Source: Gammaproteobacteria bacterium (GTDB lineage Bacteria > Pseudomonadota > Gammaproteobacteria > JAADHS01). From it: a stretch of 64,000 bases of DNA. The notes beneath the pieces were generated by a model. It did no database searches and was not told the origin of the DNA. It was given only the letters and a program-made list of their open reading frames with translations. The position numbers and the translations under genes were made by a program. The stretch lies in NCBI GenBank assembly GCA_013151745.1, contig JAADHS010000078.1, forward strand, positions 255-64,254, written 5' to 3'. This document shows positions 30,686 to 40,826 of the stretch, piece after piece (position 1 is the first letter of the stretch; each line of letters opens with the position of its first letter).

Positions 30686-31690
30686 ATGCTTAGCGAGTTT
30701 GAACTGATCGACCGATATTTCGCAAAGCGTACTGCCAAACGAACAGATGTGGTGACGGGTATCGGTGATGATGCAGCGGTATTGGCTGTTCCCGGCCATC
30801 AAAAACTCATCGTCGCGGTGGATACCCTGGTCTCTGGCGTCCATTTTCCAATCAATACGACCCCCTATGATATTGCTTATAAAGCTTTGGCGGTGAACTT
30901 GAGTGATTTAGCCGCCATGGCCGCCGTCCCAGCCTGGATGACGCTGTCATTAACTTTACCCGAAAGCTCGGAAACCTGGTTAAAAGAATTTAGTGAAGGT
31001 TTGTTTTCTCTTGCTGATGAATTTTCAATTGAACTCGTCGGCGGCGATACTACACGAGGGCCTTTGTCGGTGACAATACAGCTCATGGGCGTGCAGTCAA
31101 AAGATAAAGCCACTTTGCTACGGAGTGGTGCCCGCTCTGGAGATTTAATTTATATGACGGGTTTTCTCGGTGAAGCGGGCTTAGGTTTGCTTGTCTCCCA
31201 GGGGAAATTACCTGATATCGAAATATTCAAACCGACACTTGAACGTTTACAACGACCTCAAGCCCGTGTTGAATTGGGTCAGGCCTTGTCTGGTCTCGCA
31301 ACATCGGGGATCGACATTTCAGATGGTTTTCTCGCCGACCTAGGGCATATTCTTACTGCCAGCCATAGGGGCGCTCTGTTGTATTTAGATGCTATTCCTT
31401 TATCACCAGTCTATCAATATTTGAAAAAAGAGGGGTTGACGAGTCAATGGGGAGAGGTCGCAGAGGCAAGCTATATGCCCGATTTACAGTTTGCTTTAAA
31501 TGCGGGTGATGATTACGAACTTTGTTTTACCCTTCCGCCAGATAAAAAAGAGGCGTTAAAGTCTATTGCAGCATCAACAGGTTGTATGATTACTCAAGTG
31601 GGTTTGGTTGAGCAGGGCGCAAACATCAAGGGCATTGATGCCTTAGGTCACACCGTACCGCTTTTACAGGGCGGTTACCAACATTTCTGA
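30686..31690 (+). CDS. thiL: Thiamine-monophosphate kinase
   Basis: MLSEFELIDRYF...GIGDDAAVL...AIRE/PurM-like fold. Conserved nusB-thiL adjacency. Confidence 0.88.
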   Translation: MLSEFELIDRYFAKRTAKRTDVVTGIGDDAAVLAVPGHQKLIVAVDTLVSGVHFPINTTPYDIAYKALAVNLSDLAAMAAVPAWMTLSLTLPESSETWLKEFSEGLFSLADEFSIELVGGDTTRGPLSVTIQLMGVQSKDKATLLRSGARSGDLIYMTGFLGEAGLGLLVSQGKLPDIEIFKPTLERLQRPQARVELGQALSGLATSGIDISDGFLADLGHILTASHRGALLYLDAIPLSPVYQYLKKEGLTSQWGEVAEASYMPDLQFALNAGDDYELCFTLPPDKKEALKSIAASTGCMITQVGLVEQGANIKGIDALGHTVPLLQGGYQHF

Positions 31691-31895
31691 ATCTGGTTCG
31701 CTTGGTGTTTAAAATGGGATTGATCGGGAAAAGTAATCATCAAAGCAACGCGTAATGCTCAGACGTGAAGATGTGTTCCATTCCTTAATGTTGTCTTTGT
31801 TCGTTTTTATTATCTCAGACCGAAACGCTAAACAAAAATGTTATACCTGATATTTCTAAACCATTGTGTTTAGTCCCATAGTTGATTAGGATGGA

Positions 31896-34109
31896 GTGGT
31901 CGTCGTTTTCGGAATGAGAGCCGAAATGAAACCAGAATCAGAAAAACTGTATATCGCGCTGATCAGTGTGCATGGACTGATTCGCAGCCACGAGCTAGAA
32001 CTGGGACGTGATGCGGATACGGGTGGTCAAACGCTCTATGTCGTTGAGCTTGCCCGAGCTTTGGCGCGTCAAGAGGGCGTAGTACAGGTAGATTTAATCA
32101 CGCGTCGCGTATTGGATGCCAGTCTTTCCGATGATTATGATGCGGTAACGGAGCCCTTGAGTGATCGTGCTCGTATTATCCGGCTGGATGCAGGTTCTGA
32201 TGGCTATATCCCCAAAGAACAATTGTGGGATGAACTGGATACTTTGGTGGACAATGCGGCGACTTTTTTCAGAGAAAATGGAAAAATTCCCGATATTATT
32301 CATAGCCACTACGCGGATGCCGGCTATGTTGGCTCACGTCTGGCCAGTTTGCTGGGTGTTCCGCTGATTCATACGGGTCACTCATTAGGCCGGGTGAAAC
32401 GTCATCATTTGCTGGCCGATGGATTGTCATCAAATGAAGTAGAAGAACGCTACAAAATGGCAAGGCGAATCGAGGCTGAAGAATTGACGCTCGCCTCGGC
32501 TGAACGAGTGATCACCAGCACTTTTCAGGAAATAGAAGAACAATACGAGCTTTATGACCATTACCAGCCCGCACAAATGCGAGTCTTGCCTCCAGGAACA
32601 GATGTCACCCAATTTACACCGCCTGATGGCTCAGAAAACAAAGATCCACTTTATTTCGAGTTGGTGCGTTTTTTAAAAGAACCCGATAAACCCCTTATCC
32701 TGGCCTTGTCCCGAGCGGATAAACGAAAAAATATTGCGATACTGGTTCAAGCCTATGGCGAATCCAGTGAATTACAAAAAAAAGCGAATCTGGTTATTAT
32801 TGCCGGAAATCGAGAGGATGTTGATGACTTGGAAGAAGGCGCACAAGAGGTTTTTCATGAACTTTTCGTCGCTATAGACAGGCATAATTTATACGGAAAA
32901 GTAGCTTTGCCGAAACAGCATTTCCGTGAAGATGTACCGATGTTTTATCGTATAGCGGCGATGACGGGAGGGGTTTTTGTTAATCCTGCACTAACAGAAC
33001 CGTTTGGTTTGACTTTGATTGAAGCGGCAGCATCGGGTTTGCCTGTTGTTGCCACCGAAGAGGGTGGCCCCCGGGATATTTTAGGCAATTGTCAAAATGG
33101 AATATTAGTTGATCCGTTAGATTGCCAGAGCATTGCTGTTTCTATTTTAAGGCTATTGAATGATCGAAATTTGTGGCTGAAGTGTGCGGCGAATGGTTTA
33201 AAAGGCGTGCGTGAATATTATTCCTGGGATGCGCATGCGCAACGTTACCTGGATATAGTCCGTCCTATTGTCGAGCGTACGGAACTACTAGAGCGTAAAC
33301 CGATTGCACGGCGACGGGTGCTCTATCGAGATCGCGCGATAGTTAGCGACCTGGATCAAAATTTATTGGGTGATCCACTTGCCTTAAAACGTTTAATTGA
33401 AGTTTTAAGGACGCATCGTAAAACGACTAAATTTGGTATTGCAACGGGACGCCGACTTGATTCAGCATGGATGATCATGAAAAAAAATGGATTGCCAGAA
33501 CCAGATATTTTAATTACCAGCGGTGGCAGTGAAATACATTATGCTCCCAAGCTAACAGTGGATAGATCGTGGCGAAAACACATAGATTATCTGTGGGCAC
33601 CACATATTGTGAAAAAAATTTTAAAGGGTTTGCCAGGATTAAAATTGCAAGCTAAGGCGGAACAAAGTCGTTATAAAATCAGCTATTTTATTAACCCTGA
33701 AATTGCACCCGGTATCGAAGAGCTCAATCGTTTATTGCATCAAGAAGAACAGTCTGTACATTTACAATTTGCTTTTGGTCAATACCTAGATATCTTGCCG
33801 ATTCGTGCATCAAAAGGGCTGGCTTTAAGGTATGTAGCAGACCGTTGGGGCATTCCTTTGGAAAGAATATTTGTTGCCGGAGGTTCTGGAGCAGATGAAG
33901 ATATGATGCGTGGCAATACACTGGCGGCTGTTGTTGCCAATCGACATCATGAAGAATTGTCACAGTTGATCGATGTAGAGCGTATTTATTTTGCAAATGA
34001 ACCTTTTTCTGAAGGCATACTTGAAGCGTTGGAATATTATGATTTTTTTGGCCTCTGTGTTGCACCTGATGAAAATAAGGGTAATGTCCGAACAGGTTCT
34101 ATTTCATAG
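31896..34109 (+). CDS. sps: Sucrose-phosphate synthase: GT4 glycosyltransferase domain with a C-terminal HAD/SPP-like domain
   Basis: GT4 motifs (HGLIRSHELELGRDADTGGQTLYV; EPFGLTLIEAAASGLPVVAT) and a C-terminal HAD-like region (DLDQNLLGD). 737 aa. It is followed by SPP, fructokinase and amylosucrase genes. The start is uncertain (GTG at 31896). Confidence 0.85.
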   Translation: MVVVFGMRAEMKPESEKLYIALISVHGLIRSHELELGRDADTGGQTLYVVELARALARQEGVVQVDLITRRVLDASLSDDYDAVTEPLSDRARIIRLDAGSDGYIPKEQLWDELDTLVDNAATFFRENGKIPDIIHSHYADAGYVGSRLASLLGVPLIHTGHSLGRVKRHHLLADGLSSNEVEERYKMARRIEAEELTLASAERVITSTFQEIEEQYELYDHYQPAQMRVLPPGTDVTQFTPPDGSENKDPLYFELVRFLKEPDKPLILALSRADKRKNIAILVQAYGESSELQKKANLVIIAGNREDVDDLEEGAQEVFHELFVAIDRHNLYGKVALPKQHFREDVPMFYRIAAMTGGVFVNPALTEPFGLTLIEAAASGLPVVATEEGGPRDILGNCQNGILVDPLDCQSIAVSILRLLNDRNLWLKCAANGLKGVREYYSWDAHAQRYLDIVRPIVERTELLERKPIARRRVLYRDRAIVSDLDQNLLGDPLALKRLIEVLRTHRKTTKFGIATGRRLDSAWMIMKKNGLPEPDILITSGGSEIHYAPKLTVDRSWRKHIDYLWAPHIVKKILKGLPGLKLQAKAEQSRYKISYFINPEIAPGIEELNRLLHQEEQSVHLQFAFGQYLDILPIRASKGLALRYVADRWGIPLERIFVAGGSGADEDMMRGNTLAAVVANRHHEELSQLIDVERIYFANEPFSEGILEALEYYDFFGLCVAPDENKGNVRTGSIS

Positions 34110-34137
34110 ATACAAAGCTAAAAGGTAAAGTGTCCAA

Positions 34138-34428
34138 ATGAAACGGTATATAACATTAATACTTATTTCTTTTATTCAGGGGTGTTCAACCGTTGCCGTT
34201 CATTTAGCCGAAGGGAGTCAACCGACCCCGTATGCAGGTACAAAAATGGCATTACAAAAAACAAAAAAATCCTGGTCGGACTATTATTTTTATGGGCAGG
34301 TTATGTTTGTAGTAGCAGATGTTCCGTTTAGTTTTATTGCTGATACTGTGTTGTTTCCTGTGGATTACGTAAGGCAGAGACACGTTATAAATGAATCACC
34401 CAAATATATGGGTCTGGGCAAAAAATGA
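34138..34428 (+). CDS. Small exported/lipoprotein-like protein of unknown function inserted between sps and spp
   Basis: 96 aa. N-terminal hydrophobic MKRYITLILISFIQGCSTVAV suggests a signal-peptide/lipobox-like Cys. A second hydrophobic segment lies near the C-terminus. No homology recognised. Confidence 0.4.
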   Translation: MKRYITLILISFIQGCSTVAVHLAEGSQPTPYAGTKMALQKTKKSWSDYYFYGQVMFVVADVPFSFIADTVLFPVDYVRQRHVINESPKYMGLGKK

Positions 34429-34464
34429 ACAGATGTAGTTTACCAAAATGCCGATTATACCAAC

Positions 34465-35307
34465 GTGTCTAATTGTCGTTTATTGCTTTGTACCGACATG
34501 GATCGTACGCTGATCCCCAACGGCTTAGCGACGGAGTCTGAGTTTGCTCGCCAGCGCTTTAGTGATTTTGTTGCTGAGCCTGAAGTCAGACTGGTTTATG
34601 TGACGGGGCGTGACCTGCAATTAGTAAAGCAGGCAATAGTCGATTATGATTTGCCGATTCCTGACTATGTGATTACCGATGTAGGTACAAAAATATACAA
34701 AATAAAAGAAAGTGAATGGCAAGCGCTAGACGAATGGGCGCATCAAATCGACGGTGATTGGCGAGGTCAGTCAAGACTGGATTTACAACAGTTACTTACC
34801 GAAGTTGCAGGTCTAACCTTGCAGGAGCACGAAAAGCAAAATCAACATAAATTAAGCTACTATGTTGATCTTCAGAAGGATAAAAAAAGAATATTAAATA
34901 AGGTAGAGACTTTTTTTAATGAGTTGGGTATAGCAGCCAATCTGGTCTGGAGTCTTGATGATGAGACGAACCAGGGTTTACTGGATATCTTGCCGAAGAG
35001 CGCCAATAAATTACACGCGGTTACTTTTTTACAACAACGACTTCGCTATGAGTTTGGCGAAATGTTGTTTTCGGGCGACAGTGGTAATGACCTTGACGTG
35101 CTGGCTAGCCTGATCCCTTCTGTATTAGTCGCCAACGCCAGTGACGAGGTGCGTGATGCGGCGAAAAAATTAGCTTGCGATAGAGGTCACAGCCTTGCTT
35201 TGTATTGTGCTGACGGACGGTATCTGACTATGAATGGCAACTATGCCGCAGGTATTTTAGAAGGGGTGTGGCATTTTTTTGCAGAGTATCGGGATCATTT
35301 GTCATGA
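34465..35307 (+). CDS. spp: Sucrose-phosphate phosphatase (HAD family)
   Basis: HAD motif I LLCTDMDRTLI (DxD), motif II VTGR, motif IV FSGDSGNDLD. 280 aa. Its TGA overlaps the next gene's ATG (ATGA). Confidence 0.8.
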   Translation: MSNCRLLLCTDMDRTLIPNGLATESEFARQRFSDFVAEPEVRLVYVTGRDLQLVKQAIVDYDLPIPDYVITDVGTKIYKIKESEWQALDEWAHQIDGDWRGQSRLDLQQLLTEVAGLTLQEHEKQNQHKLSYYVDLQKDKKRILNKVETFFNELGIAANLVWSLDDETNQGLLDILPKSANKLHAVTFLQQRLRYEFGEMLFSGDSGNDLDVLASLIPSVLVANASDEVRDAAKKLACDRGHSLALYCADGRYLTMNGNYAAGILEGVWHFFAEYRDHLS

Positions 35308-36179
35308 GCGTGAAACCGCAGCTAAAACCTGTTTTATTTGGTGAAGTATTATTTGATTGTTTTCCGGATGGTGCGCAACAACTTGGGGGCGCGCCTTTTA
35401 ATGTTGCCTGGCATTTACAGGCATTCGGTGGTTCACCTTATTTTATTTCAAAAATAGGGCAAGATGAGTTAGGTGAAAAAATCACAAAGGCTATGACCGG
35501 GTGGGGAATGGATACGAGAGGGCTACAAGTTGATTCGCAACATGCGACTGGCCAAGTCTCAGTGGTGCTCATCGAAAACGAACCGCATTATACGATAATA
35601 GCTGAAGTCGCTTATGATTTTATTGAATATGATGCACATCTGAAAGATACACCGTGCTTGTTATATCATGGTTCTTTAGCGCTGCGAAACCCCGTGTCGA
35701 GAAACGCATTAGAACAAACCCTGACCTCTCACGAGGTCGCTACTTTTTTCGATGTTAATCTCAGAACGCCCTGGTGGCATCAGGATGATGTATTGGGATG
35801 GTTAAAGAGGGCGCACTGGGCCAAACTCAATGAAGAGGAATTTGTGATGCTCGCTGGCGAGTATGACGATTTACAGCAAGCCATGACAGACTTTCAACGT
35901 CAATATTCTTTGCAATTATTATTGGTGACTTTGGGCGCAAGAGGAGCCGTAGCGTTGTCGGCTACGGGTGAATATTATACGGTAAAACCACCACAACTGA
36001 CCCCCATTGTTGATACCGTCGGGGCAGGAGATGCTTTTACTGCTGTATTGCTACAGGGCTTGATTAACGACTGGTCTTTGCCGAAAACGATGAAATATGC
36101 GCAAAACTTTGCAAGTAAAATTGTCGGTATCCGTGGCGCCACGCCAGGAAATCGAGAGCTATACACGCTCCCTAATTAA
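35304..36179 (+). CDS. Fructokinase (PfkB/ribokinase family)
   Basis: PfkB motifs: GGAPFNVAWHL near the N-terminus and DTVGAGDAFTAVLL near the C-terminus. The start is taken at ATG 35304, which overlaps the spp stop. The ORF-track start at 35268 lies inside spp. Confidence 0.85.
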   Translation: MSVKPQLKPVLFGEVLFDCFPDGAQQLGGAPFNVAWHLQAFGGSPYFISKIGQDELGEKITKAMTGWGMDTRGLQVDSQHATGQVSVVLIENEPHYTIIAEVAYDFIEYDAHLKDTPCLLYHGSLALRNPVSRNALEQTLTSHEVATFFDVNLRTPWWHQDDVLGWLKRAHWAKLNEEEFVMLAGEYDDLQQAMTDFQRQYSLQLLLVTLGARGAVALSATGEYYTVKPPQLTPIVDTVGAGDAFTAVLLQGLINDWSLPKTMKYAQNFASKIVGIRGATPGNRELYTLPN

Positions 36180-36202
36180 AAACCAACGATACGATATGAA
36201 CT

Positions 36203-38167
36203 ATGCGCGATCAAAAATGGTATGAAACACAAAGTAAAATTACTCTGGAGCGTATTTTGCCCCGTCTTAAAACAGGCGGTTTGGGTGAGATAGAAATAGC
36301 AACGGAAACCGATGCAGAGTGGGCGTGTTTTGAACAACGCTTGCGTACCCATTTCCCTCGTTATTTTCGATTATTGCACCAAATTTATGGTGAGCAATAT
36401 GATTTTTTCTATCACCTGGAGTCTACCCTGGAAACCGCGACGCAGATGTGGCTGAGTCGTAGTGATGAATTAAAAGCTTTGGATGCGGTACGTATATCGG
36501 ATTCATATTGGTATCAATCGCATCGCATGATTGGTGCGATGGCCTATGTTGATTTATTTTCTAAAGACATCAGAGGAATGTTCAAGTTAATTCCTTATCT
36601 TAAAGAGCTGGGCATTAACTACATTCATTTAATGCCGCTTTTCAAGACTTCGGGTGGCGATGATGATGGCGGGTATGCGATTAGCAGTTATCGTGAACTT
36701 GATCCTGAGCTCGGCTCCATGGAAGACCTGGTGGAATTGACTGCTGAGTTTCGCAAGCATGGTATTAGTCTCGCGTTGGACTTTGTATTTAATCATACCT
36801 CCGATGAACACGAGTGGGCGAAAAAAGCGTTGGCGGGAATCGAAGAATATCAAACGTATTATCATATGTTTCCTGACCGAAACATGCCCGATCAGTATGA
36901 GCAAACTATTATCCCCGTTTTTCCTGATGAACAATCCGGTTGTTTTACTTACAGTAGCAAAATTCGCAAATGGGTATGGACAACTTTTCACAATTATCAG
37001 TGGGATTTGAACTACAAAAATCCTGAAGTTTTCAATGCTATGGTTCGTGAAATGCTCTTTCTCGCTAATCAAGGCGTTGAGATATTGCGTTTGGATGCCG
37101 TTGCTTTCTTATGGAAAAAAATGGGTACAGATTGTCAAAACCAACCCGAAGCTCATACTATTATACAGGCGTTTAATTGTATGGTTCAGATCGCAGCCCC
37201 TGCCATGATTTTTAAATCTGAAGCGATAGTTCATCCCGATGAAGTGAATAAATATATTAGCGAAGGGGAGTGCCAGCTTTCATATAACCCGCAATTAATG
37301 GCTTTGTTATGGAATACTTTAGCTACACAGGATACCAGCTTGCTGAGACATGCATTAGAAAAACGTTTCGAATTGCCGAGTGGCTGCGCATGGGTTAATT
37401 ATGTGCGTTGTCATGATGATATAGGTTGGGTTTTCTCTGATGATGATGCGAGGGAATTGAGTATTGAGCCGAGCGATCATCGACATTTTCTAACCGATTT
37501 TTTTGTCGGGCGTTTTCCTGGAAGTTTTGCTCGTGGTTTGCCTTTTCAAGAAAACCCAGAAACAAAGGATGCCAGAGTATCGGGTACCCTCGCTTCGCTA
37601 GCAGGGTTAGAAAAGGCGTTGGCTGAAAAAAATGAAATTGAAACAGACTTAGCCATTCGTCGTATGGTTTTATTGTATGGCGTCGTCTATACGATTGGTG
37701 GTATTCCCATGCTTTATCTGGGTGATGAGTTAGGTATGCTGAATGACTATAGTTATGAAGAGGATCCGGAAAAAATGGGTGATACCCGTTGGATACATCG
37801 TCCACGGTTTGATTGGGCTTTGGCAAAAAAGCGTTCTGACCGGGATAGTTTAATCCAAAAAATTCACTCGGGGATGTTGAAATTAGCACAATTGCGTCAG
37901 CAAAATCTTGCTTTTACACGCGCAGAAACAGAAATTGTAAATACAGGAAATGCACATGTTTTAGGTTATTTTCGACATCATGATGAGCAAAGTGTCCTTG
38001 TTCTGGCTAACTTTTCGGATCAAGAGCAAGTCATTTCAGCGAAACGTTTACGGTTGCTAGGCTTGCGTAAAGCCATTACCGACATCGTTGCAGGTAAAAC
38101 GGTGATTGCAACGCAACAGCTTGAAATTGACGCCTATCAGCTGATGATCTTGATTGTCGTGCGTTAA
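36203..38167 (+). CDS. ams: Amylosucrase (GH13 sucrose glucosyltransferase)
   Basis: Clear co-linearity with Neisseria amylosucrase blocks: YLHLMPLFK...GGYAISSYR, DFVFNHTSDEHEWA, LRLDAVAFLWK (nucleophile), FKSEAIVHPDEV, WVNYVRCHDDIGW. 654 aa, which excludes the shorter sucrose phosphorylases. Confidence 0.9.
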   Translation: MRDQKWYETQSKITLERILPRLKTGGLGEIEIATETDAEWACFEQRLRTHFPRYFRLLHQIYGEQYDFFYHLESTLETATQMWLSRSDELKALDAVRISDSYWYQSHRMIGAMAYVDLFSKDIRGMFKLIPYLKELGINYIHLMPLFKTSGGDDDGGYAISSYRELDPELGSMEDLVELTAEFRKHGISLALDFVFNHTSDEHEWAKKALAGIEEYQTYYHMFPDRNMPDQYEQTIIPVFPDEQSGCFTYSSKIRKWVWTTFHNYQWDLNYKNPEVFNAMVREMLFLANQGVEILRLDAVAFLWKKMGTDCQNQPEAHTIIQAFNCMVQIAAPAMIFKSEAIVHPDEVNKYISEGECQLSYNPQLMALLWNTLATQDTSLLRHALEKRFELPSGCAWVNYVRCHDDIGWVFSDDDARELSIEPSDHRHFLTDFFVGRFPGSFARGLPFQENPETKDARVSGTLASLAGLEKALAEKNEIETDLAIRRMVLLYGVVYTIGGIPMLYLGDELGMLNDYSYEEDPEKMGDTRWIHRPRFDWALAKKRSDRDSLIQKIHSGMLKLAQLRQQNLAFTRAETEIVNTGNAHVLGYFRHHDEQSVLVLANFSDQEQVISAKRLRLLGLRKAITDIVAGKTVIATQQLEIDAYQLMILIVVR

Positions 38168-38279
38168 TTCATACCTCTGCTTTAATTCTAGAAAACGCAG
38201 TTGCTCAGTACGCGCTCGAAATTGAGCGTGTTACGATATAGATAAATAACAAAAATCAATTCACTAGGAAATAATAAAA

Positions 38280-38669
38280 ATGAGAAAAATAATTTATTTA
38301 ATGACCTGCCTGTTTTCCGTTGCTGTTTTTGCCGAGGGTAATTCAGGTATGCAAATGGATATGCAACAGAAGATGATGGAACAGCTGAAAAAAGCTCAAA
38401 ACTGTATGCAAAATATCGACTCATCGGTGTTTGACAAATTAGAGCAAGAAGGAAAAAAAATGGATGCTGAGGTCAAACTTCTGTGCGCTGATGGACAACG
38501 TGATGAAGCTCAAAAAAAAGCAATGGACTATGCCAAAGAAGTGATGAATCGACCCGCAATCAAGAAAATGAAAAAATGTAGCGAAATATTAGACGGTATG
38601 GCTTCGAAAATGCCATTTGATGATATTGACAAAAAATTTCAAGATCGACATGTATGCGATGAAATATAA
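38280..38669 (+). CDS. Small secreted Met/Lys-rich protein with 4 Cys, unknown function
   Basis: Signal peptide MRKIIYLMTCLFSVAVFA. The mature part contains a Met-rich tract (MQMDMQQKMMEQ) and four Cys (C...C...C...C). Confidence 0.5.
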   Translation: MRKIIYLMTCLFSVAVFAEGNSGMQMDMQQKMMEQLKKAQNCMQNIDSSVFDKLEQEGKKMDAEVKLLCADGQRDEAQKKAMDYAKEVMNRPAIKKMKKCSEILDGMASKMPFDDIDKKFQDRHVCDEI

Positions 38670-38685
38670 ACGCACTTAAAAACAA

Positions 38686-40137
38686 TTGAAGTTCATGAAA
38701 TCGTGTTCTCGTTTCTTGCCTGCTTATCGGTTGCCAGCAAAGCCAATGGCAATCTGGATCCTGTTGTTCGGTGCAATGGTGTTGAGCGGTTGTGCCACTA
38801 ATTCAATTTTTAGTGCCTATCCCTCTCAAATAGAGGGAATCAAACAGCAGATTATGGCAGGTGAGTTTTCTGAGGCGCAGGCATTATTGGAGGAAAAGAG
38901 CCAAGGGTCGGATAAAATGCTCTACCTAATGGAGCGAGGGCGTATCTCCCAGATTGCCGGAGACATTAAAGCAAGTATTCTAGATTTTGAACAAGTCATA
39001 GATGGGTTTGAAGCCAATGAAGCTGCGGCAAAAATTACCGCTTCCGGTGCCGTAAACAAAGCGAGTGCGGTGTTATTGAATGAAAATGTGCTTCCATATA
39101 AAGGTCATGCTTATGAGCGAATTTTTGTCTATAGTTTTCAGGCGCTGAACTTTCTTTATCAGCGGAATTTGGAGGCAGCAGCTGTTGAGGTACGACGCGC
39201 TAACTTGGAGCAAAATCTGGCGCTACTTAAGTATGAAAAAGAACTGATCAAGGCGGAAAAGCAAGATGCGAAAAACGGCAATGTGGCGGCAACCATTGCT
39301 CAAAACAGGCGTTACAAAGAAACATTTTCATCGTTGAACTCGCTTTCATCAAAGGTCAAAAACTCTTTTCAAAATGCCTATACATTTTATATATCGGGGC
39401 TAATATATGAAATTAATGGCGAGTATAATGACGCTTATATCGACTATAAAAAGGCATTGGACATCTACCCTGATAATCGTTACCTGCGAGGTGATGTCGT
39501 CTATTTGGGGCAACGACTCGGAATGACGGAAGATTTGGCCTTGATGGCGGCGGGGGGGATAGAAAAAACAGCCTCTCCAGCCAAAGGAAAAGGTAAACTG
39601 GTTGTGCTTTATGAGCAAGGTTATGCGCCAAAAAAGCAAGAAATCAATCTTTTACTTGACTTGCGTGGTGTACCTAATAATCTGGTATTTCCGACTTATT
39701 TTAACCCGCAGAAAAACTATCGTGCACTGGTTGTCGGGCTATACGGTCAACGTCTCGGAGAGACCCAAACCATTGTTAACGTTTCGGCTTTGGCGGCCAA
39801 AGCGCTAAAAGAACAGTTACCAGGCATGATGGTTCGGCAAGGCTTACGTGCCATGGCTCGTGAACAGTTGAAATCTCAACAAGGAGACAATCTTGTTAGT
39901 GCACTGGTGGGTTTGGGGCAATTACTGTTGAATCGAGCGGATCTACGTAGCTGGTTGACCTTGCCAGCCGAGGTCCAGATGATGCATTCTATTGTGGATT
40001 CTGGGCAACAGACCTTGATTTTGAAAGACGGGATTCACAACGCTGAAATAAACATCAATATTTTGCCGGGACGGACTACGGTGGTGCATGTGATTGCTGT
40101 TGGTGGCCAGTTGCGTACGCGAGTGATAACGATATAG
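38686..40137 (+). CDS. TPR-containing lipoprotein of unknown function
   Basis: Lipobox LSGC after a hydrophobic segment. The probable start is the internal ATG near 38746. Helical, TPR-like repeats follow (YLMERGRISQIAGDIKASILDFEQV; YISGLIYEINGEYNDAYIDYKKALDIYPDN). Confidence 0.6.
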   Translation: MKFMKSCSRFLPAYRLPAKPMAIWILLFGAMVLSGCATNSIFSAYPSQIEGIKQQIMAGEFSEAQALLEEKSQGSDKMLYLMERGRISQIAGDIKASILDFEQVIDGFEANEAAAKITASGAVNKASAVLLNENVLPYKGHAYERIFVYSFQALNFLYQRNLEAAAVEVRRANLEQNLALLKYEKELIKAEKQDAKNGNVAATIAQNRRYKETFSSLNSLSSKVKNSFQNAYTFYISGLIYEINGEYNDAYIDYKKALDIYPDNRYLRGDVVYLGQRLGMTEDLALMAAGGIEKTASPAKGKGKLVVLYEQGYAPKKQEINLLLDLRGVPNNLVFPTYFNPQKNYRALVVGLYGQRLGETQTIVNVSALAAKALKEQLPGMMVRQGLRAMAREQLKSQQGDNLVSALVGLGQLLLNRADLRSWLTLPAEVQMMHSIVDSGQQTLILKDGIHNAEININILPGRTTVVHVIAVGGQLRTRVITI

Positions 40138-40145
40138 AATGAACT

Positions 40146-40311
40146 CTATACCCGTGGCGTTTGAGATTTAGGTGTTAGTGTGCGTTCAATTCATTTCATG
40201 GTAAGTCAAAATGACGAGTAATAGCTGGCTATTGCGAGGAATTTTAACGCCGCCATGGAATGAAGAGGACATGCAATCACACCTAAATCTCAGACGCCAC
40301 GGGTATATACT
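40146..40311. repeat. MITE-like element copy D (about 166 bp)
   Basis: TATACCCGTGGCGTTTGAGATTTAGGTGTT ... CACACCTAAATCTCAGACGCCACGGGTATATA. Its interior is the reverse complement of copy C, and a 30-bp fragment of the same interior occurs at 13088-13125. Confidence 0.55.
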
Positions 40312-40337
40312 TAAGCGAGTGCAATGTCCGCCCTGAC

Positions 40338-40826
40338 ATGGAAAGGTCGTGTCATGGCCATAATCTTAATTGCCGCGGGTGTATAATGGAGATCAATATG
40401 AAAAGAGCCAAAACGAGCAACCAAAATTATTTTGCAAGGGTTTTTGCTTCGGTATTATTGGTGGCATTGCTGAGTGCTTGCAGTACCTCAGGCCTTGAGG
40501 CGATCGGTACGCCGGATGACGCAGAGGTTCAAAAACATCTGCTGATACACAATGATGCTCTTGCTAAAAAAATTACTATTTCCGATATGCGCACACGAAA
40601 AACAGGAGGGTTACTTGAGGTTAAGTTGACGTTGAGTAACCTCACTCCTCGCGATAAAGCCGTGTCATACCGTTTTTCCTGGTTCGATGATGATGAATTT
40701 GAAGTAGAGGCGGGTGTCGATGGGTGGACACCGGTGAGCCTGCATGGTGCACAGAGTATTAGTGTACAGGGGGTGGCACCCAATGGTTCTGTGAAGAGTT
40801 ATCGTTTAAACGTAAAGGGACAATAG
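40338..40826 (+). CDS. YcfL-like (DUF1425-type) small periplasmic lipoprotein
   Basis: Lipobox LSAC. The start is probably at 40386 or 40398. Size and beta-rich C-terminus (YRFSWFDDDEFEVEAG...) match YcfL-family proteins that commonly precede lpoB. Assignment is by resemblance only. Confidence 0.5.
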   Translation: MERSCHGHNLNCRGCIMEINMKRAKTSNQNYFARVFASVLLVALLSACSTSGLEAIGTPDDAEVQKHLLIHNDALAKKITISDMRTRKTGGLLEVKLTLSNLTPRDKAVSYRFSWFDDDEFEVEAGVDGWTPVSLHGAQSISVQGVAPNGSVKSYRLNVKGQ

